A stretch of DNA of 64,000 nucleotides from Candidatus Latescibacterota bacterium (GCA_965223905.1 CBDCXV010000002.1:384001-448000), one strand, 5' to 3'; shown: positions 47,990-57,847, numbered from the stretch's first letter. The notes: generated by a model not told the origin, from the sequence alone. Translations and numbers: made by a program.

Positions 47990-48268
47990 TCAGATGAGTT
48001 CGATGTGAAGTTTTTTCCCAAGGGCCTGCGCGGCGCGTCCCATCGTCTGGAGCGTCACCGAGCAATTGGTGGAATCGAGTAACCGGTCGAGAGCGGACCG
48101 GCTGGTTTGCATGCGTTCGGCCATCGCAGTTTTCGACAGGTTGTTTTCCTCCATGAACTGACGCAGCTGATGAGCGATGACGCGTTTCACCGCGGTTGTT
48201 TCCACTTCACTGAGAATTCCTTCCTCTGTGAGGAAGTCATCGAAATTGCTGCCGACATGCTTTTTCAT
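47990..48268 (-). CDS. XRE/HigA-like antitoxin without adjacent toxin
   Basis: GS.FDDFL.EEG; MA.RM.TSRS.LDRLLD; VTL.T. Confidence 0.8.
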   Translation of the reverse strand: MKKHVGSNFDDFLTEEGILSEVETTAVKRVIAHQLRQFMEENNLSKTAMAERMQTSRSALDRLLDSTNCSVTLQTMGRAAQALGKKLHIELI

Positions 48269-48362
48269 CGTTCCTCCCGGAGCAATTCAGTCAGTGTACC
48301 AATTGTGGTGCACTTGGCAACCTCCGATAAGGAAATACTGGCGATCCCCTGTAAACCCACAA

Positions 48363-49517
48363 TCACCCCGGCCTCGGCATGCGATACCGCTGCAGCAGCT
48401 CGTGGAAATCCCGGCGGTCGAGGGGAGCCGCCTCGCTGTGGAACAGGTGGGAGCGGCAGTCGCAATCGGAGGATCCGAACCCCGGCACGCCCGCTCCCAT
48501 GATCGCCTCGAGGCCGCGTGCCAGCTCGCATTCCAGGCGCCGTGAGGCGCGCACCGGCACCGGCACCACCGCGTCGGCGGCCTGGCGCAGGTAGTCGACG
48601 TGCCAGTGCATCCGCTTGCGCCGGCGGCAGTGCCGCGCCAGCCTGGCGGTGAGGTTGGCCATGGCCGAGCCGGCGTACACGTAGTGCCCCTTCTCGAACA
48701 GGACCGCCCCGAGCTGTCCCACCTGGAGGCGGTGGCGCCGCGCCAGATGCAGCAGAACGAAGTAGGAGCCGCGGTCGTCGACTTCCTTGTCGAGGAACTC
48801 CCACGGGATTTCGAGCTCCCGAACCCGCGGTCCGAGGCTGAGGCCGGGCCGCCAGGAAACCGCCGCGGCCAGGACGTCGACGGCCTCGCGGACTTCGAGC
48901 AGGGTGCGGCTGAAGGCGAGGTCGGAGTGGTAGTCGGGCATGAACCAGTCGGCGCGCGGGGTGTGCACGACGAACAGGACCACCGGCCGGACGCCGCTCC
49001 GCGACAGCTCGGCGAGCTCGAGCAGGTGCCTCCTGCCGCGGGACGTGACGGCATCGGGGAACATGGCGACGCGGTTGCCGTAGAGGGTGCAGGACTTCAC
49101 CTCGAGATAGAGCTCGCGGCCCCCGCGTGAAAGCAGGAAATCGAAGCGGCTGCGGCCCGCGCGGACCTCGCTGCCGGCTATCTCCGCTCCCGCGAGGGAG
49201 GGGATGCGGCCGCTTTCGATCAGGCGGCGGGCGACGGCGTTGGTCAGCCCGGTGTGGAGGAAGACGAGATCCCCGTCCCGCTCGACGGCGACCGCTGTGT
49301 AGCGGGTCTTGCGGCGGACCGCACCGCTTGAAGCGCCCCGGTTTTCTGTCAAATACATCGCGACCCCGGGAAACAGCAGCTCCCACATTCGTCCCGGGTT
49401 CGGCAGGAAGGCGCGGACGAGGCGCCCGTCGGCCAGCCGGCAGCGCACGAGGAACTGGTTGGGCCGGTCGACGAAGCCGGTCTTCAGCAACTCCCCGGTT
49501 ACGAACGATGCCGTCAT
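48363..49517 (-). CDS. sfsA: SfsA nuclease-like protein fused to a DUF123 (GIY-YIG-like) domain
   Basis: PNPGRM.EL, SRFDF, EVKS.TL, FPDAVT.RG; then GSY...YVYAGSA, HWHVDYL, GFGSSDC.C.SHL. Confidence 0.88.
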   Translation of the reverse strand: MTASFVTGELLKTGFVDRPNQFLVRCRLADGRLVRAFLPNPGRMWELLFPGVAMYLTENRGASSGAVRRKTRYTAVAVERDGDLVFLHTGLTNAVARRLIESGRIPSLAGAEIAGSEVRAGRSRFDFLLSRGGRELYLEVKSCTLYGNRVAMFPDAVTSRGRRHLLELAELSRSGVRPVVLFVVHTPRADWFMPDYHSDLAFSRTLLEVREAVDVLAAAVSWRPGLSLGPRVRELEIPWEFLDKEVDDRGSYFVLLHLARRHRLQVGQLGAVLFEKGHYVYAGSAMANLTARLARHCRRRKRMHWHVDYLRQAADAVVPVPVRASRRLECELARGLEAIMGAGVPGFGSSDCDCRSHLFHSEAAPLDRRDFHELLQRYRMPRPG

Positions 49518-49621
49518 TGCCGGTACCGAAACCCCGCGGCGGGGTACGGCAATTTGTAAGCGCGATAGCGGTGCAGCAGATTCAACCGATTCGCCAACGG
49601 AAATCGAGAAAGGATCGAACA

Positions 49622-50362
49622 ATGGCAAAGCAGAACGTGGGCTACGACGATACTCCGATGCTCCCCGGCGGCAAGTGGCGCGTCCACGACGGCGACAGGC
49701 CGCAGCCGCGCGTGGTCGACCCGGGCACCGGCGCCACCCCGGGGCGCGCGCCCTCCGACGCCGTCGTCCTGTTCGACGGCACCGACCTGTCCGCCTGGGT
49801 GGGCCGCGACGGCGAGGCGCAGTGGAAGGTGGAGAACGGCTACATGGAGGTGGCCGGCGGCACCGGCAACATCCTCAGCAGGGAGCACTTCGGCGACTGC
49901 CAGCTGCACCTGGAGTGGGCGGAGCCGGCCATCGTTCAGGGGGACAGCCAGGGCCGCGGCAACAGCGGCGTCTTCCTGATGGACAAGTACGAGATACAGG
50001 TGCTCGACGGGTACGACAACCCGACCTACGCCGACGGCCAGTGCGGGGCCATCTACGGCCAGTACCCGCCGCTGGTGAACGCCTCGCGCCCGCCGGGGGA
50101 GTGGCAGTCGTACGACATCGTCTTCGAGGCGCCGCGCTGGGACGCGGACGGCAGCCTCGACAAGCCGGCGTTCATCACCGTGCTGCAGAACGGCGTCCTC
50201 CTCCACCATCGGCAGGAGATCCTCGGCCCCACCGGCCACCGCGGTTCGGCCAGCTACGACACCCCCCACGACCCGGAAGGACCGCTGCACCTGCAGGACC
50301 ACGGCAACCCGGTGCGCTACCGCAACATCTGGATGCGCAGGTTGAGAGGGTACGACGAGTAG
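49622..50362 (+). CDS. DUF1080 (3-keto-disaccharide hydrolase-like) protein
   Basis: LFDG.DL..W, GNSGVF, YEIQVLD, LQDHG.PV.YRNIW. Confidence 0.9.
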   Translation: MAKQNVGYDDTPMLPGGKWRVHDGDRPQPRVVDPGTGATPGRAPSDAVVLFDGTDLSAWVGRDGEAQWKVENGYMEVAGGTGNILSREHFGDCQLHLEWAEPAIVQGDSQGRGNSGVFLMDKYEIQVLDGYDNPTYADGQCGAIYGQYPPLVNASRPPGEWQSYDIVFEAPRWDADGSLDKPAFITVLQNGVLLHHRQEILGPTGHRGSASYDTPHDPEGPLHLQDHGNPVRYRNIWMRRLRGYDE

Positions 50363-50372
50363 AGAGGGAGAA

Positions 50373-50948
50373 TCAGGGGCGGCGGGTGCCGAAGACGAAG
50401 TCCCAGAGCGGGGTGGTGACCCCGTAGGCGACGGTGTCGTCCCGGTAGTGGTGGCCGAGGTGGTAGCGCCGCCATTGCCGCATCAGCCCGAAGCGCCGGA
50501 ACTGTCCGGTGTGCACGAGGAAGTGCACGGTTTCGTACGCCAGGCACCCCAGGGCGAGGCCGGCGAACAGCGGGGCCGCGGCCAGGAAACCGGCAAGCAA
50601 CCAGAACAGTCCGTAGAACAGCGCCGCAACCGGCAGGGTGAAGGCCGGCGACATGGTCAGCCCCCGGGTGTCGGAGGGGAAGTCGTGGTGGCGCCCGTGA
50701 TACAGGTAGACGATGCGCTGCATCGCGGGGCGTTCGGATTCGAGGTGGAACAGGAGGCGATGAACGAGGTACTCGACGAAAGTCCAGGTCAGCAGCCCGA
50801 CCGCTACCAGGCAGAAGAGCCGGGCAACCGGCATGCCGGCGGCCGTCCAGGCGGAGAGGCCTGCGGCCAGCGGCAGGAAAATGGCCGCGGGAACCGCGAG
50901 CTGAGAGGCGCTGCCTGGTGTTCCGCAATCGACGTCATGACGATTCAA
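50373..50948 (-). CDS. Fatty acid hydroxylase/sterol desaturase family protein (start uncertain)
   Basis: EY.VHR..FH, HG.HH, H...H, H..HH, YGVT..LWD..FGT. Confidence 0.75.
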   Translation of the reverse strand: MNRHDVDCGTPGSASQLAVPAAIFLPLAAGLSAWTAAGMPVARLFCLVAVGLLTWTFVEYLVHRLLFHLESERPAMQRIVYLYHGRHHDFPSDTRGLTMSPAFTLPVAALFYGLFWLLAGFLAAAPLFAGLALGCLAYETVHFLVHTGQFRRFGLMRQWRRYHLGHHYRDDTVAYGVTTPLWDFVFGTRRP

Positions 50949-51593
50949 GATAACAAACCGGCGACCGTACCCGACAGACTCTACGTAGATCTCGACGACG
51001 TCATCGGCGAGACCGCGCAGCGGCTCCTCGTGATGGCCGAGCGGGAGTACGGCCGCAAGGTCCCCTTCGAAGAGGTGACCTCCTTCGATCTCGACGCCGT
51101 CTTCGGTATGAACGCGGAGGAAACCGCGCAGTTCTACCGGCGCTCCAACCAGGCGGACGTGCTGTCCGGGGTGGCGCTCCGGGAGGGGGCGGTCGAGAGC
51201 CTGGCGGCCTGCCGCGCCCGCGGGATCGAGGTCTGGGTCGTCACCGGCAGGCCCGCGGCCACGAGCGACCTGACGCGGGCATGGCTCGCCGGCCGCGGGG
51301 TTCCGCACGACGAGCTGATCTTCGTCGAAAAGTACGGGCCCTGGGAGGAGCTGGACGGGCCCCCGCCCGTCGAACCGGCGGAACCGGTGTCGCTCGAGGA
51401 GCTGGCGGAGATGGAGTTCCGCGCCGCCATCGAGGATCACCCCGGGATGGCGCGATTTCTGGCCGGGCGCATGCGCACCCGGGTGCTGCTGATGGACCGG
51501 CCCTGGAACCGAGACCCCGAAGCCGGTGCCCACCCCCTGATCACCCGCTGCCGCGACTGGGATGCGGTTCTCGCGGGGCTCGGGATCGGGTAG
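50937..51593 (+). CDS. HAD-superfamily 5'(3')-nucleotidase-like protein
   Basis: VDLDDVI, VTGR, IED, L.DRPWN. Confidence 0.8.
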   Translation: MTIQDNKPATVPDRLYVDLDDVIGETAQRLLVMAEREYGRKVPFEEVTSFDLDAVFGMNAEETAQFYRRSNQADVLSGVALREGAVESLAACRARGIEVWVVTGRPAATSDLTRAWLAGRGVPHDELIFVEKYGPWEELDGPPPVEPAEPVSLEELAEMEFRAAIEDHPGMARFLAGRMRTRVLLMDRPWNRDPEAGAHPLITRCRDWDAVLAGLGIG

Positions 51594-51851
51594 CGCTCTC
51601 ATCAGCGACGCCTCCATCCGCTCGCGCTCGCAGCTTTGGCCGCTGCGGCCCTTCCAGATCCGGGGGCAGCACAAAGTTTCGACTGGGTCACCAGCCGGAG
51701 CGGGTCCCGGGAATTCCTGTGGAACCGAATGAATCCAGGGTTTCGGGGGAGGGGACTGGCCATCGGCCGCCCGGGCCGAAAGCCCCGGAATAAGCGATCT
51801 CATGGCGGCGAAGCGGCGGGGGCAGCGGCCCCGCCTTGAACCGCCCCAAAA

Positions 51852-52991
51852 TCATCCCCCCATTCCATACAGCTCACCGCTCGCCGCGGCGGCCCTGTCG
51901 GTGTACCCGGGCCAGCGCGGCGGCTCCAGCAGCAGGTCTCCCTCGGGGCACAGGATCCAGTCCGAGCGGCCGATCTCGTAGCTGCGGATGTGGGCGTAGG
52001 GGCCGTCGTCGTTGATGTACTGCACGACGAACAGGTCCCCGGACGGTCTCTGCACCCACCCGGAGTAGGCGCCGTCGCAGTGGATGCTGCGGTCGTGGTC
52101 GATGAAGAAATACCGGTGGCCTCCCTGGCGGGCGCGGTTGGCGGTGCAGTCCGGGTCGGCGGCGATCTCCTGGGTCTCGACGTGGAGCACGAGGTTGCGC
52201 GGCGGCGTCAGGCGCTGGAAGCCGTGGACGATGGCGACCTCGCCGGTGCGCAGGAGGCCGGCCTGCGGCCTGCCGACGCAGCAGGTCAGGAAGGTGGGGT
52301 GGGGGCCGGACCAGGTCTTTCCGCCGTCCCGCGAAATCGCCTTGTGCCCGATGGCGCGCTGCCGGTCCTCGCGCAGGTAGCAGACCAGGGTGCCGTCGTC
52401 GAGCTCGACGTAGGTCCCTTCGTTGAGCCACAGCTCCGGGTCGGAGCAGACGTGGACCGCCGGGGCCCAGGTGCGTCCGTTGTCGGCCGAGGTGAAGGCG
52501 TTGTGGAGCCAGACCGCGCCGGGGTCGTCGCGCTTTCCGACGCGGTCGCCGCCGATGATGATCTCGCCCGCCCGGGTGCGGAATATGCAGGGGCAGATGT
52601 GGCCGGTGATCCCGGTCGAGGCGCGCTCGGACCAGGTGCGCCCCGAGTCGGTCGAGCGGTAGATGAGGATCTCGGAGTCGGGGTGTTCCTCCGGCTCGAG
52701 GCGGGGCAGCAGGTCGCAGATCATCATCAGCTCGGAGCCGTCGAGGGCGAGCAGGCGCGGGTTGTTCAGCCGGCCCCCGGTTTCCGGGTCGCTCACCTCG
52801 TCGACGACGGCCTTCTCGCTCCAGGTGCGGCCGCCGTCGTGGCTGAGGTGGCAGGCGATGCGGCCGAACGGGCGGGCGGTGTGCCCGAGGCTCTCCCGGT
52901 ATATGCATACCCAGGTGCCGTCGCCGCACTCGACGAGGTCGGGGAAGGCCTTGTATACGTTGTCTTCCCGGAAGAGGACGGACTTGATCAT
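51852..52991 (-). CDS. BNR/Asp-box sialidase-like protein
   Basis: AFPD, four S.D.G.TW boxes, D.AY. Confidence 0.85.
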   Translation of the reverse strand: MIKSVLFREDNVYKAFPDLVECGDGTWVCIYRESLGHTARPFGRIACHLSHDGGRTWSEKAVVDEVSDPETGGRLNNPRLLALDGSELMMICDLLPRLEPEEHPDSEILIYRSTDSGRTWSERASTGITGHICPCIFRTRAGEIIIGGDRVGKRDDPGAVWLHNAFTSADNGRTWAPAVHVCSDPELWLNEGTYVELDDGTLVCYLREDRQRAIGHKAISRDGGKTWSGPHPTFLTCCVGRPQAGLLRTGEVAIVHGFQRLTPPRNLVLHVETQEIAADPDCTANRARQGGHRYFFIDHDRSIHCDGAYSGWVQRPSGDLFVVQYINDDGPYAHIRSYEIGRSDWILCPEGDLLLEPPRWPGYTDRAAAASGELYGMGG

Positions 52992-53263
52992 CGCTTGGGC
53001 TCCTTCTGGTTGGGTGCGAACCGGGGGATGAACCGGCGTAACGGCCGGTTCGCGGATGGGCATGGCTCCGGATATCGGCGGGAGCCGGCGGCTGACAATG
53101 GAAAAAAAGAGTGAAGTGGCTCTCGCAGCGCTAACGGTCACTGGTGAATGTCAGCGGCAGGTATGACCGGGAGGGTGGAATATATTGGCCGGATCTTCAG
53201 GGGGGCCGCACGCAAAGGGCCGGTCGAATCCCCGGCTGGTCGTTCATCAGACTTCATGGAATA

Positions 53264-53580
53264 GGGATGTCAGCTACAGGTGTTGGCGAGGGCTGCGTGA
53301 AGTGCGGTGCCGGTGATTTCCGGGGCACGGGCGCGGCGGCAAGGGCCGCCTAGCAGTTCCCATCATTTCCCCGGGTCCCAGGGGATGCGGGATGTCGGCC
53401 GCGCCACTTGCCGACGGCTGCGTGAAATTGCGTGAAATGCGGTCGGTGATTTCGGGCCCGGGCGCGGCAAGGGCCGGCCAGCAGCTTCGAATCGTTTCAC
53501 CGGGTCCCAAGGGATGCGGGATGTCGGCCGTAAAAATTGCCGAGGGCCTGGCGGAAAATGGCGTCGGGATCTCCGGGAAT
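53264..53580. repeat. About 2.5 degenerate tandem units of 125-129 bp
   Basis: GGGATGTC anchors at 53264, 53389 and 53518 with shared flanks. Confidence 0.7.
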
Positions 53581-56500
53581 CGGATTCGGTGTCAGGAGTT
53601 GCGCGTCGGAGAGATTGAGCGCCGCATGGGGGCCGTACTGGAGAACGAGCTGGGCCGCGGCGCATACCGCCCGGTATCCGGGATCGTCTGCGCGGGCTCC
53701 TCGGTTGGCCGCGGGCCGGGCCGCGGCGATCAGGGCGCTGGCCAGCGCCGGCGCCGGCAGGAGGTCTGGTTCGATTCCGAGGCTGCGCAGGCCATCCAGA
53801 ACCTGGGCGGCTCTCAAGGGCTCCAGGGAAAGATGGCGCACCGGCCTGTCCCTCGACGGGCCTGTCTCCAGAAGGGAGACCAGCTCCCGGCAGACCGCCT
53901 CCACCGGAGCGAACTGCCAGGTCCAGTCCCCCTCCGGGAATACCCCGGCGGCCACCAGGGCACGCACCGCCGCGGTCAAGCGGTCGCGGGGTGCGCCGTT
54001 TTCGCTTGCGGAGGGGCCGAGAAGGTGGGGGATGCGCACGACGGATACCGGCAGCCCCCGCTCGAAGGCGGACCAGACGAGCAGCTCGGCGGCGTACTTG
54101 GAAAGGGAGTAGCCGTCGGCGCCCGAGGCTTCGAGGTCCGCGGCCAGGGAGCGCATGACATCGAGGCCGAAGGTGTCCTCCGGCCAGGAGGTCCCCAGGG
54201 GGAAGACGGCGCTCGAGGAGACGCAGTGGACGGGGGTGCCGTGCCGGAGAGCGAGCCGCAGCACTTCCCGGGTGCCGCCGACGTTTGCGGGCTCGAGGTC
54301 CTCGTAGGAGGCGAAGACGTCGAGGTCGGCGGCGAGGTGGAAGATGGCGTCGACTTTTTCGGCCAGGGCGGCGAAGGCTTCGGGGGCGAGCCCCATCAGC
54401 GGTTTCGACAGGTCGCCTGGAATCGCCTGGATGCGCTCCGCCTGCCTTCCCGGGACCGCCTCCTCGAGCCGGGATTTCGGAGCGTCTCCAGGATTTGCCT
54501 GCGGGCGCTCCGCACCCCCTCCACTGCCCGTCGACCCGGAGCCGGCTATTCCCAGGTCACCCGAGATTTCCTGCAGGCCAAGATCCGGATCCTGCAGGGG
54601 CATTCCGGCCCTCCCATGCCGATCCAGGGCATCTTCCAGGCGCCTGCGCGCGCCGCCGCCGCTGTCGGCCCGGACCAGGGCCACCACCTCAACAGGGGTC
54701 GTCCGCAACAGCGCGTCCACCAGGGCCGCCCCGAGGAACCCGGTCGCTCCGGTCACCAGGACGGTCCGTGGAGGAGTCCACGGTTCCGGGCGAACCGCAG
54801 CAGGGGTGTCGATCCCCAGCTCCGGCGGGCTCCACCCGGCCCGCGGCTGCAGGCCTTTCTGGTCCCGCAGGAAGCGGGCCAGGCCCGATGGAGTGGGGTG
54901 CCGATAGAGGTCGCCGACCGCCACGCGGCGCCCGGTCGCGTCGTGCAGAATCCCGCAGAGCCGGATCGCCCTGAGGGAATGACCGCCGCTGGCCTCGAAG
55001 TCGTCCCGCGGGCGGATCTCCGGATCGTCGAGGACCTCCCTGAAGGCGGCGAGCACCTGCTCCTGCAGATCGCCCCGCTCGGACCGCGGCCCCTGAGATG
55101 TGGACGAGGCCAGGTCCGCCAAGCGCAACTGTCGGCGGTCGACCTTCCCGGAAGGCAGGAGCGGCAGCTCGCCGACGGGGACGAACCTTCCCGGCACGCT
55201 CTGCTGCGGCAGCCGGGAAGCGACGAAAGCCCGCAGCCGGCCGGCGAGGGCTTCCGCCTGCAGACCCTCCTGTCCCGGGACGACGTAAGCCACCAGCTCC
55301 GTCTGACCTCGAGGGTCGGTCTCGGCCATGACGCAGGCCCGCCGGACAAGCGGGTGACCCTCGAGAACCTCCTCGATCTCTCCGGGCTCCACCCAGGAAC
55401 CGCGGATCTTGATGCCGCTGTCGCAGCGCCCCAGGATCTCGAGCTCGCCCCCGGGATGGAACACGCCGAGGTCGCCGGTATCCCAGACGCGGGTACGGCG
55501 CCGGCTTCCGTCCGGAGCGGGCAGGTCCACCTCGACATAGCCGCCGCCGCCGTCCTCGTCAGCGCCGTGAACAGCCCGCGCCAGGGCGCTGCCCCCCACC
55601 AGAATTCTGCCGGGGCTGCCCACCTCCACGAGCCGTTGGGGGTCGTCCCGATCGCAGAGGTGGACCTCGGCGAAGTCGGCGACCAACCCGCATGTGACCG
55701 CTTGCCCGGGCCTGAGCTCGCCGCCGGCGATATCGTGGCATTCCGCCGTCGAGTAGAGATTGGCGATCCGCACCCGGGGCAGGGCTTCCCAGGCGCGCTG
55801 CACGATGGCCGGTGCGGCGATTTCGCCGCAGAGGACAAGCAGGCGCAGAGGCCGCAGCGCCTCGATTCCTTCGGCGCAGTCGAGGCAGGCACCCAGCAGG
55901 GTCGGGGTCATCATGATCCGCGTGATACCGAAGCGGACGATGGCGGAGGCCAGGGCGAACGGGTCCCGCATGGTCTCGTCGCGGATCAGCACCGTGGGGA
56001 CGCCCCGGCAAAGCGCCGGGACCGCGTCCCAGATGCCGAAGATGTTGCAGCCCACCGCGTCTCTTGCCGGGTCGAAGGGCCAGAGCCGGCTGCGCCAGGC
56101 GTGCGAGAGCATCGACCCCACCTGATCGGTGGCGACCATTCGGGGGATGCCCGTCCGAGTGCCGGAGGTAAAGGCGAGGTGGGCTGTGCGCAGGGGGTCG
56201 GGCTCGGGGAAGGTGATTCCCGCGTTTTCCCGGGGCGCTTCCTCTTCGATCCAGATCCTGGCTGCGTCCTCCTCGAGAGAGGCGGGCAGGACCGGGGTGA
56301 ACCGCCGGGAACTCACCAGCGCGCCGAGGGGAGCGAGCGCGAGCACCTGCTCCATGATCGCCGGTGAGTGTGGTGCCAGGGGGACGTAGGGGAGCTCCGC
56401 CTTCAGACAGGCGAAGTAGGTGACGACCTTCTCGGCGTCGTTCTCCAGCAGGACGCCGACACCTGCCTGCTGGGGTCCGCCCCGGCAGCGCCTCAGCAGG

Positions 56501-56706
56501 GCCGCCGCCCGAGCCTCGACGGCAGCAATGAGCTCCCCGTAGGTCAGGTGGCCGCTTTCGTCGACGAGGATGGCCCTGTCCGGGGTGTGGCCTGCCTGCC
56601 GGGCGAAGGCGGCGTCGATGCACTCAGGGGCCGCGCTTCCCTCGGGGCGGGACCGACGGATGCGCTGGTACCAGGCGAGGGCGGTGCTTGAGAAGTCAGG
56701 GGGCAT
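53497..56706 (-). CDS. Single-module NRPS-like reductase (A-T-R)
   Basis: FTSG..TG.P, TGDLG, KIRG, SGKVDR; GGHSL carrier motif; TGATGFLG and Y..SK reductase motifs. Confidence 0.9.
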   Translation of the reverse strand: MPPDFSSTALAWYQRIRRSRPEGSAAPECIDAAFARQAGHTPDRAILVDESGHLTYGELIAAVEARAAALLRRCRGGPQQAGVGVLLENDAEKVVTYFACLKAELPYVPLAPHSPAIMEQVLALAPLGALVSSRRFTPVLPASLEEDAARIWIEEEAPRENAGITFPEPDPLRTAHLAFTSGTRTGIPRMVATDQVGSMLSHAWRSRLWPFDPARDAVGCNIFGIWDAVPALCRGVPTVLIRDETMRDPFALASAIVRFGITRIMMTPTLLGACLDCAEGIEALRPLRLLVLCGEIAAPAIVQRAWEALPRVRIANLYSTAECHDIAGGELRPGQAVTCGLVADFAEVHLCDRDDPQRLVEVGSPGRILVGGSALARAVHGADEDGGGGYVEVDLPAPDGSRRRTRVWDTGDLGVFHPGGELEILGRCDSGIKIRGSWVEPGEIEEVLEGHPLVRRACVMAETDPRGQTELVAYVVPGQEGLQAEALAGRLRAFVASRLPQQSVPGRFVPVGELPLLPSGKVDRRQLRLADLASSTSQGPRSERGDLQEQVLAAFREVLDDPEIRPRDDFEASGGHSLRAIRLCGILHDATGRRVAVGDLYRHPTPSGLARFLRDQKGLQPRAGWSPPELGIDTPAAVRPEPWTPPRTVLVTGATGFLGAALVDALLRTTPVEVVALVRADSGGGARRRLEDALDRHGRAGMPLQDPDLGLQEISGDLGIAGSGSTGSGGGAERPQANPGDAPKSRLEEAVPGRQAERIQAIPGDLSKPLMGLAPEAFAALAEKVDAIFHLAADLDVFASYEDLEPANVGGTREVLRLALRHGTPVHCVSSSAVFPLGTSWPEDTFGLDVMRSLAADLEASGADGYSLSKYAAELLVWSAFERGLPVSVVRIPHLLGPSASENGAPRDRLTAAVRALVAAGVFPEGDWTWQFAPVEAVCRELVSLLETGPSRDRPVRHLSLEPLRAAQVLDGLRSLGIEPDLLPAPALASALIAAARPAANRGARADDPGYRAVCAAAQLVLQYGPHAALNLSDAQLLTPNPIPGDPDAIFRQALGNFYGRHPASLGTR

Positions 56707-56825
56707 GGTGACAAACCCGGGAGAATCCTACAAGGAACGGTAAATGGTGGAGAATGTCCCCGTAGTAGATGATGTTAAACGATTCCTGTGGATGGGAAGG
56801 GGAGAAGATTCCCAGGGTAGTCAAA

Positions 56826-56875
56826 TCATATGAGAGGAACAGGAGGTTGAATTATCGCATGACATATCATATGAT
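56826..56875. promoter_or_regulatory. Two TCATATGA palindromes (candidate TA operator)
   Basis: 56826-56833 and 56866-56875, upstream of the TA-like pair. Confidence 0.45.
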
Positions 56876-56890
56876 TGTTCCCGATGACAC

Positions 56891-57271
56891 TTGTTCTACA
56901 TCCTGGAGCAGCTATTGCACGTAGACGAGGCGACGAGACACCAATTGGTTGTCCTCGCCAGAAGGAGAAACGCTCGCGTGACTGCGTTCAGCTACGACCG
57001 GCCGACTGACTGGCGTCCAGGGCAGGTGCGTAACCCGGCTGGAGTGCTCGATACTCACTTTACTGACGCGGCCGCTTGGGAGTTGATCGCATCCAGGATT
57101 GAAAATGGCCACGCTTTGGAGGTAGTCCAGTTGGACAAACCGTCAGGGGCAAGAGGCTATGTCATGAAGATCGACCTCGATCCGGGACAGCCCCAGCTCT
57201 ACGTCAAGCTCCAACTGGGATCGGGCAAGATCATCGGAAGAAGCTTTCACTACTCCGAACGGGAGACCTGA
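56891..57271 (+). CDS. MqsR/RelE-like toxin candidate
   Basis: C-terminal LYVKL...SFH; directly upstream of an MqsA-like gene. Confidence 0.55.
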   Translation: MFYILEQLLHVDEATRHQLVVLARRRNARVTAFSYDRPTDWRPGQVRNPAGVLDTHFTDAAAWELIASRIENGHALEVVQLDKPSGARGYVMKIDLDPGQPQLYVKLQLGSGKIIGRSFHYSERET

Positions 57272-57282
57272 GGGGGTTGTAA

Positions 57283-57843
57283 ATGGAATCGTATCAAACA
57301 ACGGCACGCTTGGGGGCTGGCCGGAAGAAACTCGAGTGCCCTCAATGTGGAATCGGCAGGGTCACGACTTCTCAGCATCGGCACACATTCACCTATGGAT
57401 CGGAGGAATCCGCTTTCGAGTTGACCGTAGATGTGCCGATGCGTCGCTGCACTTCCTGCGACTTCGAATACCTCGACGAAGAGGCCGAGCAACTGAAACA
57501 CGAGGCGGTCTGCCGACACTTCGGTGTGCTGTCACCCAGCGAGATTCGACGCATCAGGGAGCATCACCAGATGACGCGCGCGAGGTTTGCAGAAGTGACC
57601 GGGCTCGGTGAGGCCTCGTTGAATCGGTGGGAGAATGGACTCACGATCCAAACGCAGGGGAACGACCGGTACATCCGGTTACTGGCACTGCCGGGGATTA
57701 TGCAGCATCTCGAGGACTTGGTGGAGAGAGGAGCCTTCCTGCGACCAGCGTCGAGCGCTGGTGAAAACCGGTTTCGGACGCTGGAAGTCACCGAAGATTT
57801 ACGCAGGGACCAGGAGTGTTTTCGATTGCGGTCCGCCGCATGA
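57283..57843 (+). CDS. mqsA: MqsA-like antitoxin (Zn finger + XRE HTH)
   Basis: CPQC...CTSC; L.P.EIR.IR; FA...G.G..SL.RWE.G. Confidence 0.8.
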   Translation: MESYQTTARLGAGRKKLECPQCGIGRVTTSQHRHTFTYGSEESAFELTVDVPMRRCTSCDFEYLDEEAEQLKHEAVCRHFGVLSPSEIRRIREHHQMTRARFAEVTGLGEASLNRWENGLTIQTQGNDRYIRLLALPGIMQHLEDLVERGAFLRPASSAGENRFRTLEVTEDLRRDQECFRLRSAA

Positions 57844-57847
57844 CGCC

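Noticed and set aside
53264-53580. Possible CRISPR array
   Set aside because: Whole ~127-bp units are similar, there are no unique spacers, and no cas genes are present in the window
53392-56367. 991-aa plus-strand ORF and similar long antisense ORFs (e.g. 40549-42657, 44742-46286, 14001-15473)
   Set aside because: Shadow frames of GC-rich genes on the opposite strand, with no motifs of their own
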